Shown here in pieces: positions 24,020 to 35,141 of a stretch of 35,141 nt of DNA. The first letter of the stretch is position 1; each line of letters opens with the position of its first letter. The stretch is from positions 756,576 to 791,716 of the forward strand of contig MU004236.1 in NCBI GenBank assembly GCA_010405405.1, written 5' to 3'. Position numbers and translations under genes: made by a program. The DNA comes from Microthyrium microscopicum. Its lineage: Eukaryota. The notes beneath the pieces are model-generated. The model saw only the letters and a list, made by a program, of their open reading frames with translations. It was not told the DNA's origin and made no database searches.

Positions 24020-24028
24020 GACTCCATC

Positions 24029-25310
24029 ATGAACACTCGCCCTTCTGCCAGCCGTGCTGCGGTTGGGACTATCCCCAATCCACATGCCCGCCAGCCCACC
24101 GGTCGAGCCCACTCGCACTCCCTGTCTGTCGGCTCAATTAATTCGTCTCACCGAATTGACCGCCGGAGAAAAAGCACGTCGTCAAACGCGTCAAACGCTG
24201 CCGTACTCAGCCTTGTTGCAGAAAGCTTGGCTGAGCAATCGAGCCCGTCTACAAAACCGGCTCGTCGCGTTGGCTCCAAGGGATCATACTCGGCATTTGC
24301 TAGTAGTCTCCCTGCTGGCAATGGCTTTGGTCAAACTACGTTCGAAGCCAAGCCATCCAGTGCTGTGACAGACGGTCCGGGGCTTGCTACCTTGCCAGAA
24401 GCGGGCATACCAGTCAAGTCCCGAGCACGACGTGCAAGTGACGGCTCCAGCCTGGCCAAGGTTGATGGCAAGCGTCAGGTTCATGGTGAGCTTAGATGCG
24501 AAACCTGTGGGAAAGGTTACAAGCATAGCAGCTGTCTGTATAAGCATTTGTTAGTGTTTCACCCCCCCGTCAATCAAGTACCACTAGATTGGGCTTGTCC
24601 GTCTCTAGAAATACCGTTGACCATTAGCTAGATGGGAGCATACCCCAGAATGGGCCATCACGTCTAAGCTTCTAATTTCCAAGCACCAGCAAGTTCAATT
24701 GCTCGAAGCCGCTTCAGTGCTGCTTCTAATGAACAACAATGCAGTTGATAGTGACGCTTCCTCACCCGAAGCATCCAGCTCAGACCCTCAATCAGATGGC
24801 ATCAGCTCCAAAGCCGACAGCCCTCCGCCGTTGACAGAAGAATCATACTCTCAGAGTCTCGGTTCTGGTCGAGTTGATAAACGTCTCAGCAGCAACAGCT
24901 CCATGTATTCGCACTCTTATCAATCTTCCGTGTTCGCACACTCCAGACAAATAAGTAGCGATAACCGACCGACAACTTCCGGCACCTCAGTAACTAGTTT
25001 TACTGACGAAGAGCGCGAAGAAATGTCTGCTGCCTTCAACCTTCTCAGTTGTAGTTACGGGACTCCCAAGACTGGACCTACTGCTCTTTCGGGTGATATT
25101 CCACCAGTGCCACCACTTCCGGCGCAATATATTGGCCAGACGTCGTCAGAACATCTATCTGGAAGCACCATCACCGGTGTACCCAACGCGAAGCCCTCCT
25201 TTGTTCGCGGTCACCACGATGAGGATATTGACATGATGGTCGAGGATAATGTGCACGTACACCGCAGTGATGACGAAGAAGAAGGCATGTTTGGCAAGAT
25301 GGAAGAATGA
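24029..25310 (+). CDS. Fungal C2H2 zinc-finger protein (single finger plus conserved WEHTPEW...SKHQQVQLLEAA block), about 399 aa
   Basis: Exons 24029-24549 and 24632-25310. Splicing completes the finger CETCGKGYKHSSCLYKHL|WEH. The rest is Ser-rich low-complexity sequence. Confidence 0.87.
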
Positions 25311-26678
25311 GAACGGCAGCGATTACAGAAAGGGGAGCCACGAACAATCGCAACATTGTTCAGACTCTTTTTCTCTTTTCACGCCGGCCTCACATTACAT
25401 TTGCCTGGACAGTACCCCCTTTTTCGAACGCTTCGAACGCTCGCCCTTCGATCTGAGCCATCCCCGGAAGTACACAAGCCAATCGGCCGTCTGAACCCAA
25501 ATACACAAAGCCCTTCGAAAATCTCACAAAAAAAGATTAAAACCACCCACCATGATAACAACACAATAACCTCGTTCCCACACCTTAGCATTTGCAATGC
25601 ACGATCTCATGTTACGATATCAAGCATGTATCTCCGCGGGCGCTTGCCTTGGCACCAATGAGATGACTCCTGACAGCTTTTGCGCTCGCATTTCTCCGAA
25701 AATTGTGTTCGTGCTGTCTCGGAGTCTTCGAGGTTAAAGCAAGGCTAGCTTAGATAAGAATATCACCCAAGCGTTGAGAACATGCTGTCCTTTGAAGATC
25801 TTTGACTCGTTGTAACCTTAAACATGACTTTCAACTGAAAGCAGAAGTAAAGATGTATACAGACGTTTTGAATGAAAGACGAATTGAGTAAAGAACCCAC
25901 TTGAACAAAACTTTACCAAGACCCCAATTTCTGAATCGCCTTTTCCCATCAAACACGATCGTAACTTGGCTTTCTAAACTTTTCTTCCCCCCAGGGCTAG
26001 ATTGTTCTAGAATCTAGCCTGCGTAGCCTCATGGGTGGTTAAAGGAAGATCGACGACGCCAAGTTTTGAGATTCATGGAGCTTAGCTTTGCGTGCTTTGC
26101 TGCTTGTCATCTAAGACGATCTTAGCTTACCTTTTCAAGCCTCGTGGCGTAAACTACTGTTCGTCACAGGTACATTTACCCCAGATTTTGACTAGCTTGT
26201 CTATTCTTGTATCTGGTACACTTGGGGAGGCGGTCAACACCTGGTCAAACATGGAATCTACGTTTGCCTCGTGATTCGCGCTAGTAGTCATGGACTGGAA
26301 TGGCTGGTTGATCTTTGGTCAGGTGGTTTTGCGCGATTCGCATATAAATGCTCCTTAGAGTTAGATCTTTGTATCTCTGTAGGATTTGAGGGCCGTCGTT
26401 GTTGATAGAGCATGCTATTTACCAATTACTGCTCATTCTTATTGAAGTGGTAAATGCCAAAAGTCGACAGATTGCAATTGAGCGTAGTGTATGTTTTCTT
26501 CATAGAATGCGATGGTGGAACGTCCATGAGAGCCTGCCATTCATACTAATGATAACCTGTGGATATAACATATAACGTCTACTCCATATCAACACTCCGT
26601 GCCGCTCCAAACGCCCTTCGCGATGCAATAACCACACCAAACAAATCGTCATAAAGGCGTAAGAATTCCCCTAGTCTC

Positions 26679-29611
26679 TTATGTCCCCGCAAACCCAATC
26701 TCCGCCCTCCGATCATCAATCAGCCGCCCATATTCCAACAACAACCTAAAGAACCACACCTCCATATCCTCCTTCCTCAAACTCTTCTGTGCCCACTCGC
26801 GCCCCTGTTCCGCCACGCGCTTGCCCAGCTCTTCGCCTGTCCCCGTCCCACTATCATCACCGAGCAGATATCGCGTCGTTTCCAGCCACTCATCTCCGCG
26901 CAGTGAGAGTGGAACGTAGTGCACCCATGGCTTGATCCATTCCGCGTGCCATTCGCGAAAGACAGCCATTTTCAGTACCAGGCTTTTACTGCGTAGGAAC
27001 GCGATAAAGCGGCCACTGAATGCGTTGCCATCCATGTCGAGGAGGAGCCGTGAGGACCAGGCGTCAGATTGAGGAGCAGCTGGGACGACGTGGAAGAATT
27101 CGTGTTGGGCGCGGCAGTCGGAGGGGTCACATTGGCCGATGTGGGAGAATGATACGTCTATTAGGGAGGCATAATCGTGTCGGTTGACAGTTTGGTTTGT
27201 CCACTCCTCAGAGCCTGGGGCCTTGTGTAAGACTGTTGCTGTGCCTTGCGCGTTGAGGTTGCTGACGATTCGTTGGCGGTGTTGGCGGCGCCAGCCGCCT
27301 TTGCGACTGAAACCGCCGGTCGTGGAGCCACGCCAGTAGAGAGTTGCGTTTTTGGATTCCCAGTCTGGGTCGGAGGCGGCATCGTAGGGGACTTTGTCGG
27401 CCCAGTACCAGGGGGAGGGGTAGAGGATATCTTGGAAGCTGGAGATTTTGCTTTGTGAGAAGATGGGGACGAGGTCTTGGATGATGTTGAAGACGTTAGG
27501 GCGGTCGAAGAAACCAAATGTGCCGCGGAGTGATGGGGTCTGGCATATGTCGGAGAAGGCGGTTGTGTTGTATATGAAGCCTAGGTCACCTGCTGCGAAG
27601 GCTGTGATATTGTCTTTGAGCGAGTCGGTGATGTCCCTAGAAGGTGCGTCGGGGGAGCAGGAAAGTCGCGAGTGGCTCCAAGTGTGCTGGCGAGCGAAGC
27701 GGTTGAATCTGGTAGCACGCATCTCAGGGATATGGTTTCCGGCTGTCATGTCGTCTGGCCGGGATGAGAACTCATTGGTAGTCTCGGATGATCGGGCAGC
27801 AGCAGGCATTGCTTCTGTCTTTGCAGTATTGACCATACGTGAGAGGATGTCGTGCGGTAAAATGACACGAGGCTCATCGTGTAAGTTGAAAGCAAGATCC
27901 ATGTCCGGTAAATGGCCGATAAAAGAGTCCATCATCCGAAGAAGGCTCTCCTCATGCCATTGCAAGGTAGAAGAAGAGTTGCTTCCTTCGACGTGCTGGA
28001 TACGACCGTCTCGAATGAGAACCGCCAGCAAGGAGTTTTCAAATCCAAGAACCTCCGAAACACGCGAGCGAAGTACAAAAGGCTCCAGTGCCCAAAAAGG
28101 AGTCAATGCCTCATGTATTGTATCAAACTCGTCAATAAGTGGAACATTGCGTTCTCTCGCAAACTCGTACCAGACTTCGAATCTTGGTGGCGGTGAAATA
28201 CCATATCGTTTCTTGTATTCAGACACTGCCTGGCCGAGCGATTTAGACTGTTTGCTGAGTATGTCCTCGAATTGGGCTTGTGATGAGTGAATCAGCTGCT
28301 CCATAGGATGCCTGGTATGGTCAATGACGGGAACTGGTCCTAGGCTCTCAAGCGGTGGATATATGTTGAATGTTGAACTTGTTGATCCAGTTGCAGTAGG
28401 ATGAGCAGCAAATATGAGAATTGCCCTTCCTACTAAAATACAACCAAACGAAATGGCCAATCCAGAAACCGCTTTGTTTCGCTTAGAAGCCCAGGGAAGA
28501 AGATGGCCATATCTCTTACTTGTCGATGCTGCTGTGTTAAAATGCTTCGACATTAGAGTGTATAAGGCAGCTACGAGATAGATTACACAAATGAATAGGT
28601 TGTTCAAATTGAGCGGGCTAAAGTCAGTGGTAAAGGTTCGACTAATGACTCCGCCCAAATAGAGCAAGGATATTGTCAAGAGGCTATTGCTTGCGAGCTA
28701 GAGACATAGTTAGTCATGGCTGGGTCTGACACTTAGGTTTTCGAAGGATTTATGGCACTTACTAACGAGAGGAGTGATACAATGTAGCCAAACTCGATCA
28801 TGGTCCCAGCCATCAACCACAGTATTTCGTCGACGAGAAGTTTTGACGTCCAATCTAAACCAGTTACGGATTTGATCTGGGCAAGCGTTGGATATGTGGT
28901 CATCGACGACAAATAAGGGTATTCAACCAATACCGAAAGTATCAATGTCACAAAAGACACCAACACTGCCAAGTCTCGGACTGAATGCTGTATGTAAGAC
29001 GAGCTACATCGAGGCAACCATGAACATCGTCTTGTCTCCTGTCGCGCATTTGGTGCTTGGATATCGTCTTGTCGATCGCTTTCCTCAAACCGTTTCGACA
29101 GCAGCACCCATGTCATGGAAGTTGACAAGACCCCAATCGCCCCAAGCAAGAGTCCCTCTGCTCTGACATAGGTGGTAGCCAGTACCATAAAGCTGGTCGC
29201 AGTAGCAAAGACCAGGAAGGGCCAAGGATGTCCTTTCTCATTGTTCTCCAGCTTCTCATCTGCAATTATCGAATAAGATGTATTGTAGGCGCCGAATGAA
29301 GTTTGTTGTAGCCAGCATATTACTGCTGGTAGAAAAGACCATACCCAAGAGTAAGAGGCCGCACTTCCTGCTATCCTTGAGCATATCTCTCCGAATATGA
29401 GAAGTATCCCTATGACCCACAATGGAGTGCTCGTATCGACGGAATTATTGAGTCGTCGAAGGCCTAGTCGCAAGGACAAGTACAACGCGATGGCTGCCCA
29501 TGCGAGTGAAGTATGTAAAAGGTGCGATCGGTGAGGTGTGTAACGTATGGAGGTGGCTTTGAAAAGGAGGAATGACGCCGGTATTATGATGCGGGAGATT
29601 TGAAGACGCAT
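26679..29611 (-). CDS. Glycosyltransferase family 90 (CAP10/Cxt1 xylosyltransferase-like) with a long multi-pass N-terminal membrane region, about 955 aa
   Basis: Exons 29611-28763 and 28697-26679. Motifs HPMEQLI, AVSEYKKRYGISPPPRFEVWYEFA, LPDMDLAFNLHDEPRV, FQDILYPS, LYWRGSTTGG, LLDMDGNAFSGRF, PWVHYVP and LRKEDMEVWFFRLLLEYGR. Confidence 0.92.
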
Positions 29612-29888
29612 TGTTTACGGTTGCCAGAGTGCATGCCTTAGGCTTGCTAGGGTCGTTTGCAACGAAAAATGTAGCCGATCAGAATATTAATATTTTCTTA
29701 TTGCTGTATTCGGATGGATGATTTGCTCGGAGAAGGTGCAAGTGAAGTATTTGGTTGATTATCAGACTATGAAGTTGTTGGAAACAGATTATAGATGAGG
29801 CTGAAAAACACCTGCACGGACCCCTGCAGTATCCAGTGCAACGCCAATGACCTCGGACCAATTAAAATTGCCAAAACTCCAAAAACGC

Positions 29889-30611
29889 TTAAAGGCGGAG
29901 TTTAAGGGCAGATGATTCGCCTGTTTCTTTATCAAACACTCTGCAAATCTGAGCTGGCGGAGTGTACACTTTCAATTCTTATCAGTCCTCAGCATTACAT
30001 TGCGTACAGATTCGAAAGCTTACGATGTAGAGATACAGCAAAGTCGTTTGCGTCAGGATTGGTCATTGAATGCAAGCCGATGGAATCTGATCTCGTTTTA
30101 GCACAGAACACACGTAAGAGTTGGTTTCAAAGCAGACTTACTAGAGATATAGGCCACATCATTTTCCTTCAACATCTTTACCCTTTTGACGGTCGGGGGT
30201 GATTGCTCCCCACGGTTGATGACATCCTCATCTGGCCAGCTAAAGAGAGTCTCTTGGAGCTGACCTTTGAGCATTTTCATGCAGCAATGCAGCGAGTGGT
30301 CATGTATTCGACTACTTGATCCAGCTTTCCATATGAGTAGGAGCTTGATCATGTCAGAAACACTTCTTCAACTAATGTTTCCCATTTCCTACCAAGTTAT
30401 ATTTGCCATTGCCGCCATCAACAAGATTCCTGACGTATGGCGCTCCTTCTTCCTGCCAGGTGGAGATACATGGGGCCCATTCAACAGATTGGCTCTCATA
30501 GTCTTCCATAAGATCTAGGAGTTGACTAGGGTCAATGTTCTCGGAGTCGATACCGTCAGGTCCTAGCATGCGCGATAGCTTGTCGACTAGTTGTTGGAAA
30601 TGATTGGCCAT
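29889..30611 (-). CDS. Cysteine dioxygenase-like cupin (divergent), about 187 aa
   Basis: Exons 30611-30393, 30343-30142, 30086-30024 and 29968-29889. Spliced motifs YVRNLVDGGNGKYNLLLLIW, IHDHSLHCCMKMLKGQLQETLF, GLHSMTNP and AVSLHLYTPP give the three-His iron site and the Ser-His-Tyr triad. Confidence 0.88.
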
Positions 30612-31034
30612 AGTGTTGTCAAGGCAGGCTGAGGAAAAGCAAAGACGCGTCTACGATGCTCCAGGCAAAGCTTCCTATTATATCATGTACAGTAGGTAGT
30701 CGCCGACCAAAAGGCGGTGTTTGGAGGTCATTTCGAGAAAGCAATTGGCCCGTTGCCAACCGACAATCTTGATCGCCGTTTGAATTGATTAGATTCGGAG
30801 CAATCAAGAATAGAAGGACATCCCTGCCCCACATGGCAAGAAATTGATTGCCCACAAGCCCCACTACTTCCGTTGCGTCCATCAAAAACATTTCTCCATC
30901 TGCAACTTCAACACTATCAGCGCTTACAGTGTAGATATATTTGTGGAAATCGTATCTCCAGATTAGCTGCATAGCCTGGCACGCCCTCACCATTCCTTGC
31001 GACTGCGCGCTGAACCACATACGCCACCTTCAAA
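30612..31034. promoter_or_regulatory. Short divergent intergenic region (probable bidirectional promoter) between the cysteine dioxygenase gene and RBG1
   Basis: 423 bp separate two head-to-head start codons (30611 on minus, 31035 on plus). Confidence 0.5.
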
Positions 31035-32508
31035 ATGTCGACTACTGTAGAGAAGGTACCAATGCTCTATAAATTGTGGCAATGCGATAATCTTGCTGAC
31101 AGCTATCTAGATCAAGCAAATCGAGGAGGAGGTGTGTTACCACGCTGACCTATATCCCTCCATACCTAATCCCGTTTCTAGATGGCGAAGACGCAGAAGA
31201 ACAAGGCGACGTCATTCCATTTAGGTACCGCCTCCAGAAGATCTTAATCGACATCGTACTTAGTCTTATCCCTCAGGTCAACTTAAAGCCAAACTCGCGA
31301 AACTAAAGAGAGAACTTCTTACTCCAACATCGAGTGGTGGTGGCGGTGGTGGTAGGTTGAAACCCCAGTTCAGCCTTCCGCTTGTTCTTACAAAGCTATA
31401 ATAGTTGGTTTCGATGTCGCAAGAACTGGAGTTGCCAGTGTAGGATTCATTGGGTTTCCATCTGTGGGCAAGAGTACTCTCATGAGTCGCTTGACTGGAC
31501 AACATTCGGAAGCTGCCGCATACGAGTTTACAACATTAACGACAGTCCCCGGGCAGGTTGTATATAATGGAGCCAAGATCCAGATTCTAGATCTGCCAGG
31601 TATCATTGAAGGTGCAAAGGATGGCAAGGGTCGAGGTCGTCAAGTTATTGCTGTCGCGAAAACATGCCATTTAATTTTCATCGTCCTGGATGTCAACAAA
31701 CCATTGACCGACAAGCGAGTCATCGAAAGTGAACTCGAGGGTTTTGGTATCAGAATCAACAAATCTCCACCCAATATCACATTTCGAAAAAAGGATAAGG
31801 GTGGAATCAATATCACCAGCACACAACAACTAAATCATATTGACAACGACGTACGTCCTCACAAACTTGGAACTGAAGTATGCTGACCTGAAGTAGGAGA
31901 TCAAAGCCGTTCTCGGAGAGTACCGTATAGCCAACGCTGACGTTGCTATTCGTTGCGATGCTACTATCGACGATCTGATCGACATTATTGAAGCGAAATC
32001 AAGATCTTATATTCCGGTGATCTATGCGCTGAACAAGATTGATCAAATATCAATCGAAGAGCTCGATTTGCTATATCGAATACCCAATGCGGTCCCAATT
32101 AGCTCGGAGCATGGCTGGAATATCGATGAGCTTCTTGAAGTCATGTGGGACAAGCTCAATCTGCGAAGGATTTACACCAAACCGAAAGGGAAAATGCCCG
32201 ACTATGATCAGCCTGTGGTACTCCGCTCAACGGCCTGTACCGTGGAGGATTTTGTAAGTTGTTTCATCTATTAAAGGCACCCAACAAGTGACTGATATCT
32301 CTTAGTGCGGACAAATCCACAAATCTATTTTGGAACAATTTAAACAAGCCATTGTGTATGGCAAATCTGTAAAGCATCAGCCGCAAAGAGTTGGTCTAAG
32401 TCACGAATTGGGCGACGAAGACATCAGTGAGTATTCTCGTCTTCAATGCCGTCGTTATCGTCCAGTACTAATCAGCCCCTGCGTCTAGTCACTATCGTCA
32501 AGCGTTGA
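31035..32508 (+). CDS. RBG1: Developmentally regulated GTP-binding protein DRG1/Rbg1 (OBG family, ribosome-associated GTPase), about 367 aa
   Basis: Eight exons: 31035-31055, 31111-31131, 31182-31224, 31277-31351, 31405-31850, 31897-32253, 32306-32426, 32489-32508. N-terminus [39 protein letters not shown]1 [10 protein letters not shown]2 YEFTT, G3 DLPG, G4 NKID and a C-terminal TGS domain. Confidence 0.96.
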
Positions 32509-33999
32509 AACTTCATCAGTCGGCTCTAGAGACTCCGCCTATAGTCGGTCGATCCCAATGGAGGACAAGTCCTTCATCGATCACGAGGACTGCAATTGAT
32601 ATCATGAATGGTCCAAAACTACCGAATGAAAATGTCATAGTCGGGTACACTGCAGCACAAAACTTTTTAGACTACAGAGGAGTTGAAGAATCGGCGGCGA
32701 AGCGTCAAACTCTAGATGATCCTGGAATACCATTAATTGACAGGTAGAGAATGACTGGTACGCCGCATTACCCCGTCAGCGGCTTGATACGGGATTCTTG
32801 TTGTCTCATTGCTCAGCGAAAGCGGAGGCACAGGCGTGACGAGCTCAATTGCGCGTTGCGATTGGTGTGCGCAACCAGGTACACTGCCAATGAATACTTT
32901 CACTATCTCCCCCAGGTTTATTTAGTCGTGTGGTTCAAGTGCTTACTCCACGCTATGGGGCTTATTGCGAAAAGGACAGGTTTCGCAACTTCGTGTGCCT
33001 TCTTCACGCCTGAAGAGATGCGCAAAATAGTACGGAGTTTATCGTTGAAGAAGTCTTGGAGAAAATGATGGCGCAACAAGGCGCTGGACGATGGATTTCA
33101 AATGGCCGTTTTGCTCGACGCCCTGCCTGCCCCTGGGCCACTGCGAAAGCCCCTTGATTTTTCCCAATTTTCTTCGGATTATTGGGTAAAATCAGCCAAT
33201 CAAAATCAAGCGGTTGGCAGAAATTGATGCAAGATACATGCAAGCTCCGCAGTTCAAGGACCAGGCAAGCGTCTCCTTGACTTTAGATCCGGCGCTTAGA
33301 TATATCCCATCTTTGAGGAATTTCCACGGCCTTTTGCGCTACTTGATTGAAAACCACGTTGGACTAGTGTGGAGACTCGACAGTCTCAGAATATGTCGGC
33401 GAAATACTCGAACTCGAATTAGAGGAGCATGGACGGGGGCGAAATAGTTTCCGTATGGGGGGTTGGCTCCAAAGTACTTTGTAGATGCTTTTGTCGCGTA
33501 AACTCATGGTACCGTATTGTGACATACTAATCACAGAATCACATTAACTTTATACAGTACTGTCTCTCCGTGACTGAGACAATACTCATCTTGAATTGAG
33601 TACAGTACCTTACTGGCGCGCGCGGGGAAGCAAGGCGCGAAAATCAGGCCCCATATTACCGCCAGGTTGCTTATACTTGTTATCGATATGGGGAAGGTTG
33701 AGAATAGGATGCATGTAGTATGCTGGAAGACGATCTGTGATAATCGTCCGTTCGGAGCACTTCATTCATTTCCTATGCGCTTGAGATATTTAACTCATGT
33801 CTCAAACTGCTGCAAGATTGAGTCTGTTGGGTAAGGAAGTGCTGGCTGTCAGGTCGTGAGAAACGGCCTATCGTGCATTGCGTCCTGGAGCTTAAGCTGC
33901 ACGTCAATTAATGATTTGAGAGATCTGAGCCAGCGCTTTGACGCCGACTAGTCAGGCACGTATACTGTCTAGATCCGGATGAGAAGTTGTAATGTACTA

Positions 34000-35141
34000 C
34001 TTAGGTCTTTTGATATTAGATATTAGAATTGAAGTAGAAGAGGTAACCAGGGTTGGTAAACTATTTAGTCTACTCTATTATCAGCCAATACTAGTACTAG
34101 ACTAGTTTTTTATTTTCAATACTAGTACTAAATAGTATTAGTATACTCCAAGAATAGTTAATAAATAGACTAGTATTTTCTAATACTAGTTACTAACTAG
34201 TAATAATACTATTATAATAACTAGTATTTACTATTATTTAATACTAGTTTTTTAAATCTAATAAAAACTATAGCATTTAAACCAGCTAGTTACATAGATT
34301 CTAATGCTAGTCTTAGTTTTCTTCTCAGACTAACCATTCTAGGATAAAGTTTAAATTTAGTATTTTTTTAATATTATTTTAGTATTAAAGTTAATTATAT
34401 AGTCTAGTATTAAGTAAAATAAGCTAAAATTTAGACACTAGGCTATTAAATTTATAAGAAATAGGAAAAAAAATAAATTAGAGCTATATTTAGTAATTAT
34501 ATATTAAAACGTTAAAAATACGTTATTAAGAACATAAAGTTATAGAGATAAATTATTTAAATAAGATAAGAAAGAATAATAAAGGTAAAAAGATAAAATA
34601 TAGTAGTTTTACTATAAATCTATATATATTTAGACTCCTTATTTTATAAGGAGTCTAACTATAGTATTTTTAGCTAAAAATACTAAGTATATAAAAAGTT
34701 ATAGAGGTTTCTAGATTAATAAAATATTAAAACTATTATATTTTGTAAATATATAGCTATTAAAGCTATAATAGTAGAATATTATATTATATTACTATAC
34801 TAATATATTGTAGTAAATATATAGTATATAGTAAAGCTAATTACTAGTCTTATTTAGGCTTAATACTTAAGTTATAAAAAATATCTATATATATTATTTT
34901 ATTTAATTATTTACGTACTAAGCCTAAATAAGAAACGAATTCTATATTATTATAAACTATAAACTCTAAGGTACTTATAATATACTTTAAATTTATTATA
35001 TCTAGTATATAGAATTACTTATACTATATTATAAAAGATTAGAAAATTAAGATTTTATCTAAAATTAAATTTTATATAAAATAGTTCTAGACTAATATAG
35101 TAATATTTCTATATAAAAATATATACTATTAAAGTCTAGAA
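34000..35141. mobile_element. RIP-degraded repeat / transposon relic, continuing beyond the window
   Basis: Abrupt switch to very AT-rich sequence with abundant TpA and few CpA/TpG, while some CpG persists. No ORFs. A cluster of AATACTAGT repeats lies near the left boundary. Confidence 0.8.

Noticed and set aside
3864..30611. HIS4 plus cysteine dioxygenase as an ergothioneine/ovothiol-type pathway
   Set aside because: No sulfoxide synthase, methyltransferase or C-S lyase is in the window, and the genes are far apart.
32505..33450. ORFs of 77-105 aa downstream of RBG1
   Set aside because: No motifs and no consistent exon structure. Most likely 3' UTR or intergenic sequence.
1..35141. tRNA, rRNA, snoRNA or CRISPR-like arrays
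   Set aside because: I saw no cloverleaf/T-loop context, 5S start, clear C/D or H/ACA box set, or regularly spaced repeat array. A covariance-model scan could still find small RNAs.

Overview
Gene-dense genomic DNA from a filamentous ascomycete, judged from short GT-AG introns with CTRAY branch sites and a RIP-type AT-rich block. I could reconstruct 12 protein-coding genes by hand. They encode a 5'-truncated LYR-type mitochondrial protein, a GNAT diamine acetyltransferase-like enzyme, a secreted TNT-domain NAD(P)+ glycohydrolase, trifunctional His4, an Stm1/SERBP1 ribosome-binding protein, a bZIP factor, an arrestin-fold protein, a Dal5/Tna1-type MFS permease, a C2H2 zinc-finger protein, a GT90/CAP10-type glycosyltransferase, a divergent cysteine dioxygenase and the Rbg1/DRG1 GTPase. 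The window ends in a RIP-degraded repeat that looks like a transposon end. I see no convincing new multi-gene system. The best leads are the surface NADase, the atypical cysteine dioxygenase, several RNA-level features (intronic hairpins, an AUG-free leader whose intron holds all the nearby upstream AUGs, a GC-AG intron plus microexon) and the subterminal repeat array of the RIPed element. All family calls come from motif recognition, not database searches.
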